Shown here: one piece after another, positions 57,344 to 64,000 of the stretch
Layout: the number at the start of each line of letters is the position of its first letter
How positions within the stretch are numbered: position 1 is the stretch's first letter
Source of the DNA: Candidatus Hydrogenedentota bacterium
GTDB taxonomy: Bacteria; Hydrogenedentota; Hydrogenedentia; Hydrogenedentales; SLHB01
DNA: 64,000 nucleotides
Assembly: GCA_045863335.1 (NCBI GenBank)
Contig: BTVY01000023.1
Span: forward strand, 42,210 to 106,209
Direction: 5' to 3'
Position numbers and translations under genes: made by a program
Notes under the pieces: model-generated
Databases searched by the model: none
What the model was told of the DNA's origin: nothing
The model's input: only the letters and a program-made list of their open reading frames with translations

Positions 57344-58513
57344 CTACTGCTGCCCTTCGGCTTTCTCGAGTTCGCGCCGGAACCACGCGTCCAGCGCCTC
57401 ATCGGCCGGCACCGACATCTGTTCACCGAGCAATGCGCATCCGTACGCTCTGCCCTCGCCTTGTGCGTTACGGCAGATCCACACCACGGTTAACAAGGCG
57501 TCGTCCTCACCTGCCGTGAGCGCGGTCTCCAGTTGCGCTCGTGCATCCGCGTCACCCAGGACGGCAAGCGCCCGCTCCGTATAAGCAATGGTAGTCTCCG
57601 GCGCCTCGTGGGCGCGGTAGATTTCCAGCGACTGGCGCAAGGCGGGCACGGCGACGCGCGCGTCCAGCCGGGCCAGGCCGTTGGCGAGATAGCGGCCCGT
57701 ATACGCGTAGAAGCCGAACGCGTCGTCGTCAAGATTCGCCAGGTCCGGCTGGGCGCCAACGAGTTGTCCCGCCATCAGCGCCTCGAGTTCATCGCGGGTG
57801 CCGAGGTGCTGCTTCACCTGCACCCCGAGGCGCACATCGTTCTCCCATCGTTCATATAAAGGCCCAATAACCAGCGCCGCGTGGCTGGGGACATGAAACC
57901 CCCGGCCCGGAAGCGGCGGTTGCAGTAGCATCGCCCGCAATAGCAAGGTGGCCACATTCAGCGCTTGCGTCGTCTCCTGGGGATCGAACAGCGGCCCCAT
58001 CGACAACGGCTTTGTCACCGCGTCGATGGCGTGGGGATAGGTCGGATAATACGGCTCGCGTTCGTCGGCCGGGATGCTTACCCATTGGTCCTGAATGCGA
58101 ACGATCTCGCCGGCATTCGCGTCGCGATTGAAGAAGCCGTACACGTAGATTAGCGGCTCCCATTCGGTATCACGCTTGATGTCATCCATCGTCACCACGC
58201 CCTCGATCGCCGTGTCCACCGCTTCGATAGTCCCGGTGCTGAGGGTCTCGTAGATTTCGGGGTCACACACCAGAAGCAGCGCTTCCTGGAAGTCCTGTTG
58301 AAGCTCCCGCAACCTCGCCTTATCCGAAGCACTGAGGACCGCAATCGATTTGGCCAAACGCTGTACCGCCGGGTCCCGCTCCTCGGGATAAAGCCGCGCG
58401 CGGAGCCCCAAGGCGTGGATTGCTGTCGCGTCTTGTACGACATCCTCCGGCTGAGTCGACGCGCCCGTCGTGGACAAGGCGGTCACAAGAAGCACCAAAG
58501 CAATCTTCTTCAT
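57344..58513 (-). CDS. Secreted alpha-helical hypothetical protein (HEAT-like C-terminus)
   Basis: MKKIALVLLV signal peptide; GGAG RBS; LARL..AVPALR..L...RALAVLGD. Confidence 0.65.
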   Translation of the reverse strand: MKKIALVLLVTALSTTGASTQPEDVVQDATAIHALGLRARLYPEERDPAVQRLAKSIAVLSASDKARLRELQQDFQEALLLVCDPEIYETLSTGTIEAVDTAIEGVVTMDDIKRDTEWEPLIYVYGFFNRDANAGEIVRIQDQWVSIPADEREPYYPTYPHAIDAVTKPLSMGPLFDPQETTQALNVATLLLRAMLLQPPLPGRGFHVPSHAALVIGPLYERWENDVRLGVQVKQHLGTRDELEALMAGQLVGAQPDLANLDDDAFGFYAYTGRYLANGLARLDARVAVPALRQSLEIYRAHEAPETTIAYTERALAVLGDADARAQLETALTAGEDDALLTVVWICRNAQGEGRAYGCALLGEQMSVPADEALDAWFRRELEKAEGQQ

Positions 58514-58719
58514 GGGAGGACTCCCGCAGTTTTAGACAGGGCAACCATTTCCCCGGTATGGTGTATTCATCACCGGACACCATCGAAGTCGGCGGCCAAA
58601 TTGGACGCGCCGAAGCAGACACGATACACTATGCCAATTTTTCTGACCGCAAGAATTTCGCTTCGCCTTGCTGGACGCCAGTTCCGGAGCAGAACCAGAC
58701 GGATAGTTTTCGAACCATA

Positions 58720-60228
58720 ATGCTCAATTTCCTCCGTACACAAGATCTCCTGGAACCCGGCGATGTGCAGAAGGGCATGCGCATGCTCATCTGGGATGGC
58801 GCCTTCGCCCAGACCATGCTCGTGTTCACGACAGGCGCGTTTCTCATCGGCTTTGCGCTCGAACTGGGGGCCTCGAACACGGTCATCGGCATTATTTCCG
58901 CCGTCGGCCCCTTGTCCCAGATCGTCCAGCTTCCGTCCATTGTACTCGTGGAACGTATTCGGTTGCGCAAGGCGCTGACTGTGATCACGGGCGTTGTCGG
59001 TCGATCCTGCTGGTTCGCCATTGCCGCCCTGCCCTTGCTCAAGGGTGGCTTCTACCAGATGCCCCTGTTCCTGCTGTTGCTGGCCTTGTATTACGGGTTT
59101 AGCGCCGTCGCAAGCTGCGCCTACAACTCCTGGATCCGTGATGTCGTGCCCATCAAGACCTTCGGTGTTTTCTTCGCCAAGCGCATGGCTATCGCCACCT
59201 TCACGGGCGCTGTTTTGAGCGTGGCCGGCGCCATCCTCGTGGACTGGTATAACGACAACCGCGGCACGCCCATGCCCGCCTACACCATCATCTTCATCGG
59301 CGGCGCGTTGGCGGGGCTGGCCGGCACCGTCGCTCTGGGCCGCATCGCGGAACCGGCCATGCCCGCCGACACCTCGGGCGGTCTCGCGAACATCTTGCGC
59401 CAGCCCTTCCGCGACGCCAATTTCCGTTACCTGCTGGTGTTCATGGGGCTCTGGAACTTTGCGGTCAACTTCGCGGCGCCCTTCTTCGCGGTGTACCTCT
59501 TGCGGCGGCTCGGCCTCTCCATGACCTGGGTGATTGGGCTCTCCGTGCTCAGCCAAATGGTCAACGTCTTGTTTTTCCGCCTGTGGGGACGCACCGCGGA
59601 CCGCTTCAGCAACAAGTCCGTGCTGGCCATCTCGGGGCCGCTATTCATTTTCAGCTTTCTCATGTGGCCTTTTACAACCTTGCCCGAGCAGCACATGTTC
59701 ACCATCCCCTTGCTCATTGCGATTCACGTGCTCGCGGGGATTTCCACGGCGGGCGTGACCTTGTGCGCCGGGAATTTCGCCTTCAAGCTCGCCCCCTACG
59801 GCAAGGCGACCTCCTACCTCGCCGTGAACGCGCTGGTCTGCGGCGTGGCCGCCACGATTTCGCCGGTCATCGCCGGATTCGCGGGAGACTGGTTCACACC
59901 CTATGAAATGAAGATCTCGCTGGAATGGCTGAACTGGCAGACCGGCGAGCCGGGCTTCAGCTTGCCCACGGTCGACCTGCGAGGCCTCGATTTCGTGTTC
60001 ATCATCGCGTTCTTCCTGGGCCTCTTTGCGCTGCATCGCCTGTTGGCCGTGAAAGAAGAGGGCGAAGTCGAGGAATCACTGGTGCGTCAGGAACTGCTCG
60101 GCGAAATGCGCCGCGTGGCCCGGCAGGTGTCCACCGTCGCCGGCATTCGCATGCTGTCCGCCTTCCCCTACGGCACACTCCGGCAATGGCGTAAGCGTCG
60201 CCGCGAAGTCGAACGGTGGCTGCCGTAG
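58720..60228 (+). CDS. MFS transporter
   Basis: About 12 TM helices; LWGRTADRFSNK motif-A-like; start trimmed to MLNFLR. Confidence 0.85.
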   Translation: MLNFLRTQDLLEPGDVQKGMRMLIWDGAFAQTMLVFTTGAFLIGFALELGASNTVIGIISAVGPLSQIVQLPSIVLVERIRLRKALTVITGVVGRSCWFAIAALPLLKGGFYQMPLFLLLLALYYGFSAVASCAYNSWIRDVVPIKTFGVFFAKRMAIATFTGAVLSVAGAILVDWYNDNRGTPMPAYTIIFIGGALAGLAGTVALGRIAEPAMPADTSGGLANILRQPFRDANFRYLLVFMGLWNFAVNFAAPFFAVYLLRRLGLSMTWVIGLSVLSQMVNVLFFRLWGRTADRFSNKSVLAISGPLFIFSFLMWPFTTLPEQHMFTIPLLIAIHVLAGISTAGVTLCAGNFAFKLAPYGKATSYLAVNALVCGVAATISPVIAGFAGDWFTPYEMKISLEWLNWQTGEPGFSLPTVDLRGLDFVFIIAFFLGLFALHRLLAVKEEGEVEESLVRQELLGEMRRVARQVSTVAGIRMLSAFPYGTLRQWRKRRREVERWLP

Positions 60229-60264
60229 ACCAAGAATCGGTCCGATCAAAACACGCCAGCGCTG

Positions 60265-61935
60265 CTACGACTCCACGCCCCCCGACGCCAATTCGCGGTG
60301 CAGCGATTCGACCTTCCGCGCCGCTTCCAATGCGTCGGCCAGCGCGGCGCGTTCGGGACCGTAGGCAACTCCACCGGCGAGCAGAGCGGTGCGCAAATCC
60401 CGCGTGGCCCGCGAGCGCGCCGACCACGCGAGGAATCGCGCCACGATGGAGAGGACAAGCAGTTCGCCCGCGAGCAGCATGCCGAGCACCGCTGCGGAAT
60501 GTAGAAAGTAGTCGCCGTTGAGGGTGATGCCTTCGAAGTAAAGGCTCACGATGCGGTAGCCCGCGTACCCGATGAACGCGATGGGCAGCGCGTCGACGAG
60601 CAAGGTCAAAGGCCAACTCGTAAGGAACCGGGCGCGCGCGACGACGCGGTCGCGGGCTGTCCCACGCAGCACGGTGGCCAGCCGCTTTTGCACGCTTTCC
60701 GAGAACGCGTCGAAGCCGGTGTCCGCGCTTAAGTGATCGAAACCCGCACGGGCGAACTTCACGGCCAGTTCGCTATGGTGTTGATCGTAGCAATCGCGCA
60801 CGTCCGGCGTCGCGATATCGATATCTTCCGAGAGCAGGCTTTGTTCGGTCAGCAACGTTGCCGCCTGCCGGCCCGCGCCGCCGTACGGTGTCCAACGCAG
60901 CCAGCCCGACATGCGCGCGGGCAAGGTGCGCAGCGCTTCCAGCACGCGGTACAGCGTGCCCACGATCCCTTTCGCGCGCAGGCTGACTTCCTTCCCCAGG
61001 GCGAAGTTCCAGAGATGCGGTTCCGTGAAAATGCGGCGGCCGATGATCGCGCAGGTTTCCTTCGCGGTTTCCTTGTCACAGGTGGCGACGGCTTCTCGCA
61101 ACGCTTCCAAATCCGAAGCACGGCTGCCAACGCGTTCGAGCAAGGTCGTCAACGTTTTCGCGAGGAGACCGTACGCGTTCGAGCGTTTGATGCGGCGCAC
61201 CTGTTCTGCGGAAAGCTCGTGGAGCAGAAACTGCTCCAGGCGCGGGAAATCGAATTCGTCCCCGCCGGGTGCGCGGCCCGTGAGTTTGCGATCGAGCGTG
61301 CGGCGCGGGCTCACGCGGAAGTAATCGGTAATGGCGAAACCCTGTTCCTTCAGTCGTTCAAGCCAATGTTCCCGCACGCTTTCGGAGCCGAGATCCGCCT
61401 TGGTTTCGACACAGACCAGCGTGCGTTCGTCCTTCAACGGACGCAGCAGCGACCACGTCGCTTCGTCGAGATACTTGTCGGGGCTGCCGCAGAGCATGAT
61501 GAGATCGCACTGCGACAACGCGGCAATCACCATGTCGCGGTGCTCGCGCACAATGGTGTCGGAATCCGGCGTGTCGAGGATGATCAGGTTCTCCAGCGCG
61601 GACCCGTAAATGCGGTTCCATGCCTCGGGTCCGAAGGCCGCACCCGGCGGTTGGTAGACCGTGGGCACGGACGTGCAGGGCCGGTACTCCGACGTCGCGG
61701 CGAGCTGATCGCCGGCAAGGGCGTTGAGGAAAGTCGACTTGCCGACGCCGGATCCGCCGACTAGTGCAACGACTAGTAAGCCGTCGAGCCGTGTTTCGCG
61801 CTCGCGCAGTTCGTTGAGCCGCGTGCGCAGCAGGGGCGTCTCGTCGCGCAAGGGCCGCCAGGGCCCCTCGTACGCGGCCAATTCGTCGAGGCGCGCGAGT
61901 ATGGTGCTCAGGCTGTTCGACACGATTCCAGCCAC
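60265..61935 (-). CDS. Dynamin-like/TRAFAC GTPase with two C-terminal TM helices
   Basis: G1 GGSGVGKST, G2 RPCT, G3 DTPD, G4 TKAD; long helical stalk; TM pair near the C-terminus. Confidence 0.8.
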   Translation of the reverse strand: MAGIVSNSLSTILARLDELAAYEGPWRPLRDETPLLRTRLNELRERETRLDGLLVVALVGGSGVGKSTFLNALAGDQLAATSEYRPCTSVPTVYQPPGAAFGPEAWNRIYGSALENLIILDTPDSDTIVREHRDMVIAALSQCDLIMLCGSPDKYLDEATWSLLRPLKDERTLVCVETKADLGSESVREHWLERLKEQGFAITDYFRVSPRRTLDRKLTGRAPGGDEFDFPRLEQFLLHELSAEQVRRIKRSNAYGLLAKTLTTLLERVGSRASDLEALREAVATCDKETAKETCAIIGRRIFTEPHLWNFALGKEVSLRAKGIVGTLYRVLEALRTLPARMSGWLRWTPYGGAGRQAATLLTEQSLLSEDIDIATPDVRDCYDQHHSELAVKFARAGFDHLSADTGFDAFSESVQKRLATVLRGTARDRVVARARFLTSWPLTLLVDALPIAFIGYAGYRIVSLYFEGITLNGDYFLHSAAVLGMLLAGELLVLSIVARFLAWSARSRATRDLRTALLAGGVAYGPERAALADALEAARKVESLHRELASGGVES

Positions 61936-63674
61936 CTCCGTAGTTCCGTCATAATCTCGCCTTCGAGGGGGTCCAACGCCGCGCGCAAGGGCTGCAACGC
62001 GGGTCCGGCCACGTGGTCCGACAAGGCCGCCGCGAGCGACTGCTGTTGTTCCGCGCGCCAGGGCGAGAGGAAATCGAAGAGCGCGTCGCCGAATTGGTAT
62101 TCAATCACGCGCGCCACGAACTGCTCCACGATCGGCCCCGCTACGACCACCGTCTCCGCGACGCCGAGTCCTCCCGTGTGCAATGAGATGGGCACGGCGA
62201 TCGCCGCTGGCGTAACTGCGAGAATTCCGTCCAGCGCTTCCAGCACGCGGCGACGGCCCTTGTGATCCTCCCACCACGCATCGAGCATTTTATACGCGTG
62301 CTTCTTAAACTCTTCTGAAATGCTCTCCGAGTGAAGCGTCTGCGACACGACCTTGCCGACAGCCGCATCGACATCCAGCGCGTCGAGCGGCTCTTCGACC
62401 AGGTGCCCCGCGGGTTCGCGAAGGTTGCGCGCGGTTTCGATGTAGTCCGCCGCGAGGTCTTGCGCGATGCGTTCGATGGCGCGGGCGTGGGCTTCGCGCA
62501 CTTCCTTGTCCGTCTGTTTCGGCGGCGGCGCTTCCAGCACAGCGCGGCGGCGAAAGGCGTTCTGGATGCCCCGGCCAACCGCCGATGCGCCGCGCACAAC
62601 GAGCTTGCTCGAATCGCCGATCCAGCGGAACAATGCGCCGCGCCGCGACTGGACGTATTCGTGAAAGAGGCCGCCCATTTCCGAGCCCGGCGCGGGATCG
62701 TAGCGCTGCGCGTAGGTCGTCGCGCGCGATTCCATTTCGTTCGCAACCGACCGCAACACGTCGGCCACGGAATCCGCGTGGTCGAGAAACCGCTCCGCGC
62801 GGGATGCAAAGTGATCGACCGTCGATCGATAGACCCGTTCCTTGATGGCGGGCACGTCCAGCGACAACAGGTACTCGTCAAGCCGCTCGTCTCCATCCAG
62901 CGACAGGATGGGCCGGTCCAGTTGCTTGCCGACGGAGAAGTCGTGCGGCAGCACAAACGCGGGGCCTTCGCATTCGACGTTCGCGCGGAAATCATCGAGT
63001 TGCCGGCGCGCGATGGCGAAATCGTCTTCCGGGTTCGCCTTGTTCATCACCGGCACGACGACGCGCCCCGAGTTGGCCGCTTGCCGGAAGTATTCCACCA
63101 CGCGATCGTCCTTGTACTTCTCGCCAGTGAGCACCGCGACCAGCACGTCGCCCGCCGCGCGGATGTTGTCCGCCACGGCCCAATGCTCGCGTTCGATGGA
63201 ATCCACGTCGGGCGTGTCCAGCAGAGCGAGGCGTTCCGGCAGGCGATCCGACGCGACGACGTACAGTGCGTCTTCCGGCGTGTCACGCGCCACGGCGGAT
63301 TCCGGGTCTTCCAGAGGAAAAGGCTGAAACTCCGGCACAAGCTTGCCCTCGAGACACTGCGCCGCGCGCTCGGGATGCGCCGCCAGCACGGGTCGCCGCG
63401 TGGCCGCCGCGGTCGCGGTCATGGGGCTGACCGCTTCACCGACCAGCAGATTGAATACCGTCGACTTGCCCGTGTTTGTGCCGCCCGTAACGGCCGCCAC
63501 GAGGCAGCCCTCCCCCGCCAGGTGCGGCACGAGTTTGTAGGACAACAGGTTGATCCATTCATCCGCATCCGCGAACACGGTCTTCCGCACCGCCGGGTCC
63601 GTGGCCAGGGCCGCGCGCAGACGCCGCAGCGCCGCGTCAAACCCTGCCAACGATTGTCCCAACGTTTCGTCCAT
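61908..63674 (-). CDS. Dynamin-like/TRAFAC GTPase with hydrophobic paddle
   Basis: G1 GGTNTGKST, G2 AAAT, G3 DTPDVDS, KY.D, G4 NKAN; alternative GTG start at 63701. Confidence 0.8.
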   Translation of the reverse strand: MDETLGQSLAGFDAALRRLRAALATDPAVRKTVFADADEWINLLSYKLVPHLAGEGCLVAAVTGGTNTGKSTVFNLLVGEAVSPMTATAAATRRPVLAAHPERAAQCLEGKLVPEFQPFPLEDPESAVARDTPEDALYVVASDRLPERLALLDTPDVDSIEREHWAVADNIRAAGDVLVAVLTGEKYKDDRVVEYFRQAANSGRVVVPVMNKANPEDDFAIARRQLDDFRANVECEGPAFVLPHDFSVGKQLDRPILSLDGDERLDEYLLSLDVPAIKERVYRSTVDHFASRAERFLDHADSVADVLRSVANEMESRATTYAQRYDPAPGSEMGGLFHEYVQSRRGALFRWIGDSSKLVVRGASAVGRGIQNAFRRRAVLEAPPPKQTDKEVREAHARAIERIAQDLAADYIETARNLREPAGHLVEEPLDALDVDAAVGKVVSQTLHSESISEEFKKHAYKMLDAWWEDHKGRRRVLEALDGILAVTPAAIAVPISLHTGGLGVAETVVVAGPIVEQFVARVIEYQFGDALFDFLSPWRAEQQQSLAAALSDHVAGPALQPLRAALDPLEGEIMTELRRWLESCRTA

Positions 63675-64000
63675 ACCCAAGTACCGCCTTATCTTAGCCA
63701 CGCGCCAAGCACGCCGCCGTTCACGCTACTGGATACCGGGAGAAAGATCAACGGCAGTTTGAGATCCCGGTCCAGCGCCGACTATTGGGATCAAGCGGAC
63801 CCGCGTCTCTCTCGACAATGACTTAGGGGCGCCGCACATCAGAAGCCTGAGGCTTACGCCAAGGAACAGCATTCCACTGTCCCCTATACCCGATTGTATT
63901 TGTTATGTAAGGTGCGGAGAAGTTATACTATCAGCGGTTCTAGTTTTCTGGCTCCTCACAAGAATCTGTGCAGAAGACAAGTTGAGGAGCATGTGCTAAC

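Noticed and set aside
63984-64000. Gene start at the right edge (GAGGAG followed by ATG/GTG)
   Set aside because: The ATG frame stops at once and the GTG frame runs off the window, so it cannot be supported

Overview
GC-rich bacterial chromosomal window with about 45 protein-coding genes. No rRNA, tRNA, CRISPR array, integrase or transposase was recognised. Two prepilin-type DUF1559/H-X9-DG proteins with an [19 protein letters not shown] motif and many secreted carbohydrate-active enzymes suggest a PVC-like organism, probably Candidatus Hydrogenedentes (inference from memory of the family). Housekeeping genes are ispE, queA, aspS, an iscS/nifS-like desulfurase, pfkA, an rlmD-like methyltransferase and a ubiB-like kinase. 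They are interspersed with a NikR-box-preceded Nik/CbiMLQO transporter, an ACAD10-like phosphatase/ACAD/phosphotransferase cluster, a YdbH plus YnbE-YdbL-like envelope pair, glycan-degradation genes (two look catalytically degenerate), a C39-like peptidase coupled to a membrane MutS-like ATPase, and a tandem dynamin-like GTPase pair. The main accessory feature is a low-GC island (~50.3-55.1 kb). It holds a three-gene operon (PD-(D/E)XK-like nuclease/wHTH, Hanks Ser/Thr kinase, beta-protein-like TIM barrel) facing a two-gene module (79-aa protein, membrane-anchored helical protein); this is the best candidate for an undescribed defence or toxin-antitoxin system. Intergenic DNA also carries several 6-, 7-, 9- and 10-bp periodic repeats, mostly arranged as inverted arms, some nested with REP-like hairpins. 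All product calls come from motif reading only; no database search was run.
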